NCBI GenBank assembly: GCA_963762145.1
Contig: CAVXJS010000021.1
Coordinates: forward strand, 352,001 to 416,000
Length of the DNA stretch: 64,000 nt
Direction of reading: 5' to 3'
Source of the DNA: an uncultured Candidatus Rokubacteria bacterium
Lineage (GTDB): Bacteria; Methylomirabilota; Methylomirabilia; Rokubacteriales; CSP1-6
Shown one piece after another: positions 53,195 through 62,570 of the stretch. The position numbers and the translations under genes were made by a program. Within the stretch, counting starts at the first letter, position 1; every line of letters begins with the position of its first letter. The notes beneath the pieces are model-generated. The model searched no databases. It saw nothing but the letters and a program-made list of their open reading frames with translations, and had not been told where the DNA came from.

Positions 53195-54810
53195 CTATCG
53201 GAACGTGAACCCGGCGTAGCCGGCGGCCGCGACCTCGTCGCACTTCTCGCGGTACTTCGGGGCGCCGCCGGCGTAGACGATGAATGTGCGCTTCTGCTTG
53301 CCTGCCACGTTGGAGTTGATGCCCATCATCCAGGAGTCGACCTGGGTGAACAGCATGCGCTGCCCGGTCTCGTGCACGTGCTCGGTCCACTCGCGCTCGG
53401 CCTCCGCGGTGGCCTCCACGCGGGCGTGGCCCCGCTCGCGCATGTGCGCGATGAGCGCGGTCACCCAGTCGACGTTCTGCTCGATGCAGCGCGGGATGTT
53501 GCAGAACGTGGCCGCGTTGTGCGGGCCGACCAGCGTGAACAGGTTCGGGAAAGCCCACGACCTGCAGGCCGAGGTAGGTGCGCGGCCCCTCCGCCCACTT
53601 GTCCCGCAGCCGCCGACCGCCCGCGCCGCGGACGTCGATGCGGTCGAACGCCCCGGTGATGGCGTCGAAGCCGGTGGCGTAGATGATCATGTCGAACTCG
53701 CGCTCGACGTCGGTCGGTCCGGATGCCGGCGGGCGTGATCGCGCTCGATCGGCGTCTCCCGGAGGTCGACGAGCTGCACGTTCGGCTGGTTGTAGACCTC
53801 GTAGTAGCCGCTCTCGAGCGGCACGCGGCGGGTGCCGAAGCCGTGGTTGGTCGGGACCAGCTTCTCCGCGACCTTCGGGTCCTTGACGCGCTCGCGGATC
53901 TTCCGGCGCATGAACTCGGTGATGGTGGCGTTGGCCTCCGCGTCGACCAGCATGTCGCGGAAGTTGCCCATCCAGATGCCGAAGCCGGGCTCGCGGTAGA
54001 GCTTCTCGTAGAACGCCTCGCGCTCCTCCGGGCTCACCTCGAGCGCCTTGCGCGGATCGGCCTGGTGGATGAAGCAGCCGAAGGAATCACGGCAGAGCGC
54101 GAAGATCTCGGGGTAGCGTCGCCTTGATGTCGGGCCTGGGTGGCCGCGTCGATCCGGCTGTTGTGCAGCGGCGCGCACCAGTTCGGCGTGCGCTGGAACA
54201 CGGTGAGGTGGCCCACCGTCTTGGCGATCTCGGTGATCGCCTGCACCGCGGTCGCGCCGGTGCCGATCACCGCGACGCGCTTGCCGGCGAAGCTCACCGG
54301 CTCGTGCGGCCACCGGCCGGTGTGGTAGGCCTCGCCGCGGAAGGTCCCGACGCCCGGGATGGTCGGCATGGTCGGCGTCGACAGGGGCCCGATCGCGGTG
54401 ATCAGGAACCGGGCGCGCGCGCGCCGGCCGTCCTCGCTCTCGATCTCCCACTGGCCGGCGGCGTCGTCGTAGACCGCGGCCGCGGACCCGGCGTCGAACT
54501 CGATGTCGCGGCGCAGGTCGAGCTTGTCGGCGACGAAGTTGCAGTAGCGCAGCGTCTCCGGCTGGGCCGCGAAGTGCTCGCTCCACTCCCACTCGCGCAG
54601 GATCTCCTCGGAGAAGGAGTAGCCGTAGGTCCAGCTCTCCGAGTCGAAGCGCGCGCCCGGGTAGCGGTTCCAGTACCAGGTGCCGCCGACGCCGGCGCCG
54701 GCCTCGAACACCCGCGCGCGCAGACCGAGCCCGCGCAGCCGGTGGAGCTGGTACATGCCGGAGATCCCGGCGCCGATGACGATGGCGTCGTAGCTGGCCG
54801 TGGCAGACAT
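53195..54810 (-). CDS. Baeyer-Villiger monooxygenase, cyclohexanone monooxygenase family (frameshifted)
   Basis: GAGISG, GGTWYWNRYPGARFD, FRGEAYHTGRWP fingerprint, IGTGATAVQ, YATGFDA. Confidence 0.92.
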
Positions 54811-54881
54811 CCCTCGCCTCCCGTCCGGAGCATAGCAAAGCTTGCCGATTCGTCTCGGTTTCCCTATTCTCAGCGGGAGTG

Positions 54882-55035
54882 ATGAAGCTTCGGACGTTCC
54901 TCCTCGCGGTCGTCGGCCTGACCCTCGTCCCTCTCGTGGGAGTCGCCGGCGTCGCGATCTGGTGGGCCCACCAGGACGAGCCGCGCGCCATGGAGCAGGC
55001 CCCGCGCTTCCTGACCGTGACGGTGGATCGCGAGG
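54882..55035 (+). pseudogene. N-terminal fragment resembling a membrane sensor kinase
   Basis: MKLRTFLLAVVGLTLVPLVGVAG...TVDRE then breaks off just before a family B repeat. Confidence 0.5.
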
Positions 55036-55056
55036 CCAGCCCCCAAGTAAGTCGAA

Positions 55057-55091
55057 CCCTCTCCCCTCTGGGGAGAGGGCAGGGTGAGGGG
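55057..55091. repeat. REP-like palindrome, family B copy 3
   Basis: CCCTCTCCCC-TCT-GGGGAGAGGG-CAGGGTGAGGGG. Confidence 0.8.
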
Positions 55092-55302
55092 CCGAAGTAG
55101 GCCCCGCGCTTCGGGCAATTCGGGAGCGATCCGAGGGCATCACGCCCGCGCGACCGCGCTCCGGACCCGGCGCCAACCGGGAGCTTTGCTCCCACGGCCG
55201 CGCCGCCGGCGTGCGCCGGGTGCCTCATTCCACGGTGTTACACGCTGTCCTGACGCGGCCGGTCGAAGGGATGTCGCGCGGCCCCATCCAGTCCCATCGC
55301 CC

Positions 55303-55318
55303 TGGCACTGTCGATGCT
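55303..55318 (+). promoter_or_regulatory. Putative sigma54 promoter
   Basis: TGGCAC-TGTCG-ATGCT with GG-N10-GC spacing. Confidence 0.5.
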
Positions 55319-55382
55319 GTTGCTCGTTCGCCAGGTGGAGTCGACTGGTGGTGCGAACGCAGCGCGACAGGAGGACAGAGCG

Positions 55383-55607
55383 ATGAACAGAACTCGACGG
55401 GCAATTGGGGTCGCATTCATCCTGCTCGCCGTGCTCGGCACGGCCTGGGCTCTGGAGCATCGAGGAGCCGGCCTTCGGACGGAACACGAAGCTCCGCGCG
55501 ACGCCGGCACGCCCACCACGGTCGCGCCGCAGGAGTCAGGCGCGGGCCGGGTGATCGACGCGCACCCGGAATACGACCGGTCCGATCTTCTCCTGACCCA
55601 AGGGTAG
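55383..55607 (+). CDS. Small secreted hypothetical protein (74 aa)
   Basis: AGGAGG SD, signal peptide MNRTRRAIGVAFILLAVLGTAWA. Confidence 0.6.
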   Translation: MNRTRRAIGVAFILLAVLGTAWALEHRGAGLRTEHEAPRDAGTPTTVAPQESGAGRVIDAHPEYDRSDLLLTQG

Positions 55608-55662
55608 GACGCGTCTCCAGGCCCGGGGCCATGGCGGCCGACGGCCTCATGGCCCTGGGCTC

Positions 55663-55840
55663 TCACCCCAGCAGGTCCTCGATCTTCACCGGCAGCTCGC
55701 GCATGCGAACTCCGGTCGCGTGGTGCACCAAATCGGTGATTGCGGCGGCAATGCCGGCCAGGCCGATCTCGCCGATCCCGCGGGCGCCCAGCGCGTTGAT
55801 CTCCATGTCCGGGAAGTCGAGGAAATGCACCTCGATCGGT
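55663..55840 (-). pseudogene. C-terminal fragment of a xanthine dehydrogenase-family molybdopterin subunit
   Basis: IEVHFLDFPD...GARGIGEIGLAGIAAAI...HATGVRMRELPVKIEDLL; remainder of gene absent. Confidence 0.8.
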
Positions 55841-56033
55841 CCGGCAGGCGCGCGGGTGGATCGTCTCGCATAGAAACCTCCCGGTCGGGTGAGCGGCTGG
55901 ACGATCATGGGTTGTGACGGCGCGGAGCGCGCCACGGGCGGCGGGAGAATCGATTTACAGCAAGAACGCGAAACTGACTACGAGGCGGGGGCCCGGCGTT
56001 CTACCCGGTACCCCCGCGGCGGTGGAGGGAGGC

Positions 56034-57230
56034 TCAGCTTCGCTCGGAGCCGACCACCGACACGAACGACACGCACTCCCCCGGCGCCCCGCCCAGGTTG
56101 TGCGTCAGCGCGAGCTTCCGCCCGCGCGCGATGCTGGCGATCTGCCGCTTCCCCGCCTCGCCGCGGAGCTGCAGCCACGCCTCGAACAGCATGCGAAGCC
56201 CGGAGGCGCCGATCGGGTGGCCGAAGGACTTGAGCCCCCCGTCCGGATTCACCGCCAGCTCGCCTTCCAGGTCGAAGGTGCCGTTGAGCACCTCCTTCCA
56301 CGCGGTGCCGCGCGGGGCGAAGCCGAGATCCTCCATCAGCACCAGCTCGGTGGGCGTGAAGCAGTCGTGCACCTCGGCCATGGCCAGCTCGGCGCGCGGG
56401 TCCTTGATGCCGGCCTGCGCATAGGCGTCCGCGGCCGAGGCCACCACCTCGGGGAAGGTCGTGTAATCGTAGTCGGGGTCGATCGGCCCGGTGGCGGGCC
56501 CCGCGATGAACGAGAGCGCCTTCACGAAGAGCGGCTTGTCGGTGTACTTGTAGGCGTCCTCCGCGCGCACGATGATCGCGGCGGCGGAGCCGTCGGACAC
56601 ACCCGAGCAGTCGAAGATGCCGAGCGCGCCCGCCACCTGGGGCGAGCAGGCGATGACGTCCTTGGCCACTTCCTTGCGGAACTGCGCGCGCGGGTTGAGG
56701 GCGCCGTTCTTGTGGTTCTTCCACGCGATGCGGGTCATCGCCTCCTTGAAGGTAGCGTCGTCCACGCCGTACTTCTTGGCGTACGCGGGCGCGAGCAGGC
56801 TGAACGTCGCCGGCGCGGTGAGGCCCGCGCGCGTGCCGTCCTCCGGCGCGCCGATCGACGGCAGCCCGGAGATGCCCGAGTCCTTCAGCTTCTCGACGCC
56901 GATGGCCATCGCCATGTCGTAGGCGCCGCAGGCCACCGCGTAACAGGCGTTGCGGAAGGCCTCGGAGCCGGTGGCGCAGTAGTTCTCGAGCCGGCTCACC
57001 GGCTTGTAGTCGAGCTTGAGCGGGCGCGAGAGCGTGAGCCCGCTCTGCCCGGAAAAGAGCGTGCCGAGCCAGAAGGCATCCACCGCGTCGATCGGCACGT
57101 TGGCCGAGTTGAGCGCGTCCTGGGAGGATTCCACCAGGAGATCGCTCACGCTCTTGTCCCAGCGCTCGCCGAAGCTGGTGCAGCCCATGCCGACGATCGC
57201 CACGCGGTCCCGGATCCCGTTGCTGGCCAT
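56034..57230 (-). CDS. Thiolase, SCP2/archaeal type
   Basis: ENYCATG, VSDGSAA, EVHDCF, GHPIGASG, HNLGG. Confidence 0.92.
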   Translation of the reverse strand: MASNGIRDRVAIVGMGCTSFGERWDKSVSDLLVESSQDALNSANVPIDAVDAFWLGTLFSGQSGLTLSRPLKLDYKPVSRLENYCATGSEAFRNACYAVACGAYDMAMAIGVEKLKDSGISGLPSIGAPEDGTRAGLTAPATFSLLAPAYAKKYGVDDATFKEAMTRIAWKNHKNGALNPRAQFRKEVAKDVIACSPQVAGALGIFDCSGVSDGSAAAIIVRAEDAYKYTDKPLFVKALSFIAGPATGPIDPDYDYTTFPEVVASAADAYAQAGIKDPRAELAMAEVHDCFTPTELVLMEDLGFAPRGTAWKEVLNGTFDLEGELAVNPDGGLKSFGHPIGASGLRMLFEAWLQLRGEAGKRQIASIARGRKLALTHNLGGAPGECVSFVSVVGSERS

Positions 57231-57303
57231 GGTGACGCCTCCTCTTGCTCGATCTCACGCGCCCCGGCGGGGTCGCGCCTTCAGGATCTTATCAGCAAAT
57301 GCG

Positions 57304-57810
57304 CTACGCGTCGGGCATGCCGTTGGCCTTGCGGATCTTGGCGATCTGCCCGGCGTGGTCGTTCCAGTGGAAGTCGAACATCGCGCCCACGTACACCGGC
57401 AGCGCGATCTCGTCGGTCCCCATGAACTGCTTGAAGAGCGGAATCTTCGCCTTCCGTCCCAGATCCGCGGGACCGAGGGAGTCGAGGTAGCTGAGGAGGC
57501 CGCGGCGCTGGGTCTCGAGCGCCTCCTGGAGCTGGCCGAGCGTCATCTTCTGCCGCTCCGGCGTGACCGCGGAATCTCCCGGCTTGATCTCGATGACCGG
57601 CAGACTGGAGACCGCGAAGCTCTGGAGCACGGCCACCGGCGACTTCGCCTCCGGATCCCCCAGGAGATGGCAGAGGACCTGCCGGGTGGTCCACTCGCCC
57701 GGCGCGTCCGACTTGTCCAGGTGCGGCTCCATCCCCTGAAGCTGTTTCGAGAGATTCGCCGCCGCGGCGTCGCTCTTCCGCTTCAGCTCGTCGATTGCCG
57801 CAGTGGCCAT
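57304..57810 (-). CDS. DinB/YfiT family protein
   Basis: PGEWTTRQVLCHL and HWNDHAGQI metal-binding histidines. Confidence 0.8.
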   Translation of the reverse strand: MATAAIDELKRKSDAAAANLSKQLQGMEPHLDKSDAPGEWTTRQVLCHLLGDPEAKSPVAVLQSFAVSSLPVIEIKPGDSAVTPERQKMTLGQLQEALETQRRGLLSYLDSLGPADLGRKAKIPLFKQFMGTDEIALPVYVGAMFDFHWNDHAGQIAKIRKANGMPDA

Positions 57811-57834
57811 TGGTCGGCTCCTCGCTGGTGCGGT

Positions 57835-60284
57835 TCAGCCCCGAAGTCCCGGGGCGACGTGCAGGTCCGCCAGGTTGATTCGATCCTGGAGCTTCGGGTT
57901 GTCCAGGTCGACCTGGACCCGGAGCGCCCGGAGGCCCTGGACCCCCTGGAGCTCTTCCAGGTCGAGCTGCTCGGTGCGACCGGTCAGGTAACCGAGACTC
58001 TGCAGATACTCGATGTACGCGCGGTATTCCAGCGCCTCGCCGGGCTGGCTGTAGACGAGCGCCACCTTCCCGGGCTGGGTGACGCGCTCGGTCGTCCCTT
58101 CGACCAGCGCCTTGTCGATTCGCTTCTTCATGATCTCGTACCGGATGTCGTAGGCTCCATCGACGTCGAACCGCTTCTCGTCGAATCGGAACCGGATCGA
58201 GAGCGGCGCGTGCTGGACGAGAATCAAGTGCGTCGTCTCGAGCGGGATCGGCAGGCCGTCGCGCAGCTGATGCGCGCGAGCCGCCATCCCGCACGTGATC
58301 ATGAGCTGCCACAGACGCAGGTTCTTCAGACAGAGGGGGTCGACGCGGCCGTTCTCCAGCAGCGCCGGGCCGACGTAGATCTGGTAGTCGACTCCGTCGG
58401 TCTTCTGCTTCTCGAAGTAGTGCGGGAACCTCGCCTGGGCGGCCTGCTGCTCGAGCTCCAGGTACGACGAGATGGTCTCTGCGATGGAGGTGACGCTCTC
58501 CTCGAACATCCGGCGCCGGTGGTACACGGTGCCGAGCGCGCGCGTCGAGACCGGCACGGTAGGCGACGATCTGCTCCCGGACGCCGGCGCCGAACGTGCC
58601 GAGATGATCGAGGAGGCCCTCCACCTCGGTCCGCAGGAACGCGATGAGCCCGATCTCGTCGCTCGAGCTCAAACCGCGCTCGATGTGAGCGGTGCGACTG
58701 TCGATCCGGTAGGCCAGCTCGTCCAAGGCCGGCCCGGGCCGCGTCTCGCTCGCGCTCTGGACCACCGCCCGCGCGAGGCGAAGCTGCTGGAGCAGGTCGG
58801 CCTGGATGGCCCGCCCGCGCTGCGTCGAGGACCCGCGAATGTCCGCGAGGCCATAGAGCGGGTACACGCCCTCGAAGACGATCGGCTCCAGCTCGGTCAC
58901 CTTGCTCGCGCTGCCGCGATCCCGGTCGAAGGCGTTGAGCACCGCCTTCCGGAAGCGCCACTCGACGGTCGGGTGAATCGCCGTGCATTGCTCGTTGATG
59001 ACGGTCTGGATGCGGCTGTTCAGCTCCTCCACGCTGCGCTGGACCGCCATGGAGAACAGCGGCAGCACTTCCTGAAGCTTTGGCAGGTGGGTCGCGCTCA
59101 GAGCGCCGACGTTGGCGGAGGCCAGCTCGAGGGTGCCGATCACCCGGTCCTGATAGTGGAGCGGCGCGCAGACGATGGTCCGCACCCCGCTCTGGCATCA
59201 GCTCCTCCTCCACCGGCGTCCGGCCGGGGTACTCGGTCAGATCCTCGATCACGATCGGCCGATCCTCGACGACCACCCGCTCGTAGAGCGAGCCCCGGTA
59301 CTCGGCGGTCGTGTGGTGGGCGGAATCCGCGAAGATGCAGGCCTGCTCGTGCCGCGAGGCGTCGCTCAGGACGAGCACGCGATCTCCCTCGACGGCGGCC
59401 AGGCCCAGGCGCAGGTCGGGCCGGCGGAAGAACGTCCTGAGCTTCGCCTGCAATCCCTGGAAGTGGGAGCTCGACACGATCGAGTCCTTGTCGATCAGAT
59501 CGCGCTTGATCGAGGACAGGACCTCCTGGTCGGTGACGTCGACCGCCTTCACGATCATGAAGCCGCGCAGGACGAACCGCTCCGGCGGCAGCAGCGCGCG
59601 GAGCTCCTCACCGTCGATGCGGCCCGTCTTCACTCTCTGCCGCACCCCGTCGGGCAGCGGCGGCTTGGACCCGACGACCTCCACGTCGACGAACCGCCAG
59701 TCGAACTGCAGCCGGAAGTGCTGATCCAGGCCCGTGACGGAATCGCTGGTGGTGAAGATCATCACCGGAACGTCGCCTCCGAGCTCGACGCCGTAGACCC
59801 GCTCGAGGATCAGCTCGTAGGCGAGCGCGAGCCGCTCGGCCGCCATCGTCGGGTCCACGGTGCGCTTCCGCAGGAAGCTCGCCAGGCCCTGCAGCGTGCC
59901 GTCCGCATTCATGAGCGAGCGCCGGAAGGGAGGCGTCGCGTAGAACGCCCGCAGATGGAAGGGGAAGAGGGCCGCGCCGTACTCCTGCTCCCAGAAGGCC
60001 GGCGGGAAGAGCGCGGTCATCATCAGGTCGACGAACGTCTGATGCGTGCCGATGACCGACAGGTCGTCGATCACCCGGGCCAGCTCGGGGGCCTCCCGGG
60101 CCTTCTCGCGAACCAGACCCGGGATCGGCCCCCGGCCGAACTCGTGATAGGCGGAGAGCTGGGTCCAGAACGTGATCAGCGGGGCGAGGCTCAGCTCGCA
60201 CCTGAACGGGAACGCGTCCGGATCCGCGCCGGCCGTACCACGACCGGCGGTCGAGCCGGACACCGCGCCATTCACCGTCGCCAT
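57835..60284 (-). CDS. GAF-domain protein with a putative divergent class III nucleotidyl cyclase domain (two frameshifts, near 59190 and 58540)
   Basis: Three in-order ORF pieces joining to about 815 aa; GAF signature VRTIVCAPLHYQDRVIGTLELAS; C-terminal DIRGSS, TDG, DVDG..R, QPG, ELQGV motifs. Confidence 0.75.
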
Positions 60285-60290
60285 GCAGGG

Positions 60291-60299
60291 ATTCTACCA
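60291..60299 (-). promoter_or_regulatory. Extended -10 promoter, probably leaderless, for the GAF gene
   Basis: TG-G-TAGAAT 6 nt upstream of ATG, no SD. Confidence 0.6.
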
Positions 60300-60336
60300 G
60301 CCGGGTCGACCCCCGTCGCCCCCTGCCGGGCCGGGA

Positions 60337-61743
60337 TCAGCGGAGCGGCTTACACTTCCAGAAGTAGTTGTGCACGTCGTGAGCGGTCATGAGCCGGCGG
60401 AACGTCATCTCCACCCGATCGCCGATCTTCACCGCCGCCGGGTCCACGTCGGTCAGCTCGCAGGTGAAGCGCCCCCCGCCCTCGAAGTCGAGCACGCCCA
60501 CCACCACCGGCGGCGACAGCGAGTAGGCGAGGCGGTCCACCGTGTAGGTCGCGATGGTCGCGGGGACATCCGCCATGCGCTCGGGCGTCATGCGGTCCAC
60601 CGCCCGGCACTTCAGGCACACGCGCGTCGGCGGCAGGTGCCGCGTGCCGCACGTCTGGCACCGGCTTCCCGTGAAGCCGAACTTCCACGCCTCGGCCCGG
60701 AGGGCCGGCGGCGCGGCGGGGGCCTGCGGATCCGGCCGGCGCGGCGGCTCGCGCTTGAGAAAGCCGCGCCAGGTGAGGAACGAGGCGTAGGAAACCTTGC
60801 CTCCCGCCTTGATCTGATCGGCCACCGGCACCCGCTGCCGATTTCGCGCGAGCGCGGCGGTCGCCCGCCAGATCGTCACGTCGCAGCCGTCGGCCAGCGA
60901 GACCACCATGATGAGGTCGTCGGCCTGCGCGCGGTCGAGCGCGTCGGCCAGCAGCACCCCGGCGTGCGCCGCGCCGGTGTTGCCCACCGTCCCGGTGAGA
61001 TCGTCGGCGAGCGCGGCCGGCTTTGCGCCCACCGCCGCCGCCGCGCGCTTGTTCGCGCGCCCGTGCGGCCCCGCGACGATCAGCGCCGCGAGGTCGCCGG
61101 CGGTGACGCCCGCCTGCTTCAGGGCGCTCGCGATCGCGGCCTCCGCGAGCGGCACGTAGGCGTGCTCGCCGAAGCGCTCCTCCCACTGCCGCGAGGCCGC
61201 ATCGCCCGGCACCCGCCAGCGCTCGAGGAACTCCGCGGTGACCGACGCGGCGCCGACCGGCTCGGCCAGCACCGGGGTGTCGCCGGCGCCCAGAGCCAGC
61301 AGAAACGCCGCCGCCGCGTCGCCCCCGTCGCGCTCGTCCGCGCCGCCCGGCAGCCCGGTGCGGATGTCGGCCAGCACGGCCAGCGTCGGCCGCCCGGCGT
61401 CCATCGCGGCGCGCAGCGCGCCCGCCGCCGAGCGGATCGAGCCGAGCATGTCGTAGGCCATCGCGGAGTCGTCCAGCGCGAGCGCCGCGTGGATCGCGGT
61501 GGCATTGGTCTTGTCGAGATAGGCCGGGTCAGCGGTGGCGAAGTAGACCGCGGCGGGCGCCAGCCGCGGGGCCCCGCGCAGCGCGGTCCGGGCCGCCTCC
61601 ACGCCCATGGAGGTCGTGTCCTCGTCGTAGGAGGCGACGACCCGGGTGCCCTTCCCGCCCCCGCTGCCGAGGGTCTCGCCGATGGCCTTCCGGTCGAGGC
61701 GGAAATAGGGGAGATAGGCGCCGTAGGCGACGATGCCGTTCAT
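60337..61743 (-). CDS. HMG-CoA synthase-like protein fused to DUF35 (Zn-ribbon + OB-fold)
   Basis: YGAYLP, DEDTTSMGVEA, GDAAAA, VGNTGAA; C-terminal CQTCG...P...CLKC, GDRVEMTFR, YFWK. Confidence 0.88.
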   Translation of the reverse strand: MNGIVAYGAYLPYFRLDRKAIGETLGSGGGKGTRVVASYDEDTTSMGVEAARTALRGAPRLAPAAVYFATADPAYLDKTNATAIHAALALDDSAMAYDMLGSIRSAAGALRAAMDAGRPTLAVLADIRTGLPGGADERDGGDAAAAFLLALGAGDTPVLAEPVGAASVTAEFLERWRVPGDAASRQWEERFGEHAYVPLAEAAIASALKQAGVTAGDLAALIVAGPHGRANKRAAAAVGAKPAALADDLTGTVGNTGAAHAGVLLADALDRAQADDLIMVVSLADGCDVTIWRATAALARNRQRVPVADQIKAGGKVSYASFLTWRGFLKREPPRRPDPQAPAAPPALRAEAWKFGFTGSRCQTCGTRHLPPTRVCLKCRAVDRMTPERMADVPATIATYTVDRLAYSLSPPVVVGVLDFEGGGRFTCELTDVDPAAVKIGDRVEMTFRRLMTAHDVHNYFWKCKPLR

Positions 61744-61774
61744 GGGGATCGAACCTATCACAAGTGGCCCATCC

Positions 61775-61807
61775 CCCTCTCCCTCAGGGAGAGGGCAGGA
61801 TGAGGGG
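61775..61807. repeat. REP-like palindrome, family B copy 4
   Basis: CCCTCTCCCT-C-AGGGAGAGGG-CAGGATGAGGGG. Confidence 0.78.
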
Positions 61808-61877
61808 TGGTCGCACATCTGATAGGCTCCCAGGACATGGCGCCGGAAGCACGCCCCCTGACACTGCTGGAGCGCGA

Positions 61878-62119
61878 GCGCTGATGTACGAGCCCAGGGG
61901 CGGCAAGCTCGAGCTGGTGGGCGTGGAGTACATCGTCATCGCGGCGGCGTGGGATGCGGCGAACAAGACGCCGCCGACCTTGATGGGGCAGCTCTCCACT
62001 ACAACACCGCCCCGAACCGGTACGGCATCCCGGCGTTCTACGCGCTCCACGTGTGGGCCTGGCGGAGCAACCCGCATGGGGTCTTCGTGGACTGGAACCC
62101 GCAGGTGTCGTGCGAGTAG
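61878..62119 (+). pseudogene. C-terminal fragment of a conserved hypothetical protein
   Basis: ALMYEP...LVGVEY...(frameshift)...YALHVWAWRSNPHGVFVDWNPQVSCE*; no convincing N-terminal half. Confidence 0.6.
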
Positions 62120-62127
62120 CGCTCGGG

Positions 62128-62553
62128 CTAGCCAGGGCCGGGGCGCGTGAGTATCTCGATGGCGCGCGAGGCGTCGGCCGGCTGTAGCCCGCGCGCCGGA
62201 TGCGTCAGGACGAGCCGGGGGCGCAGCTCGCCCATGTCGCTATGGTCGTCGATGATCGCATAGCCGCCCACGGCGTGTTCCGCGAGCCAGGCGGCGATCT
62301 CATCTCCCCGGTCGGCGCCGGGCGCGCCGACCGGGGTCTTGTCGATGACGCGGCCGATGAACCCCTCCGCTTCCAGCATCTCCTGCAGCTCGGTGACGGA
62401 CTTGCCGTGCCGCCAGGTCGACGAGATGACGACATCGGCTCCCGCGCCCGCGACGATCTCGTTCAACACCCGGATGCACCCGGGATCCAGATCGCCGTAT
62501 CGGTCCCAGTGGCGGATCGGCGCCAGCACGCCGTCGAAATCGAGAAAGACCAC
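62128..62553 (-). CDS. Capless HAD-domain protein (HAD_SAK_2-like)
   Basis: FLDFDGVL, VISSTWR, RGDEIAAWL, AIIDD; true start may be a few codons upstream. Confidence 0.78.
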   Translation of the reverse strand: MVFLDFDGVLAPIRHWDRYGDLDPGCIRVLNEIVAGAGADVVISSTWRHGKSVTELQEMLEAEGFIGRVIDKTPVGAPGADRGDEIAAWLAEHAVGGYAIIDDHSDMGELRPRLVLTHPARGLQPADASRAIEILTRPGPG

Positions 62554-62570
62554 CCGTCGCGTCGTCAGGT

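Noticed and set aside
57255-57281. KARPRRGA* as a relic 3' end of the HMGCS-DUF35 gene marking the insertion point
   Set aside because: Only about three residues match; the stretch is equally explained as a GC hairpin in the thiolase leader
33490-61743. A DAPG-like phlABCD pathway combining the type III PKS with the thiolase/HMGCS-DUF35 genes
   Set aside because: Loci are over 20 kb apart and the PKS has its own tailoring genes; no evidence of linkage
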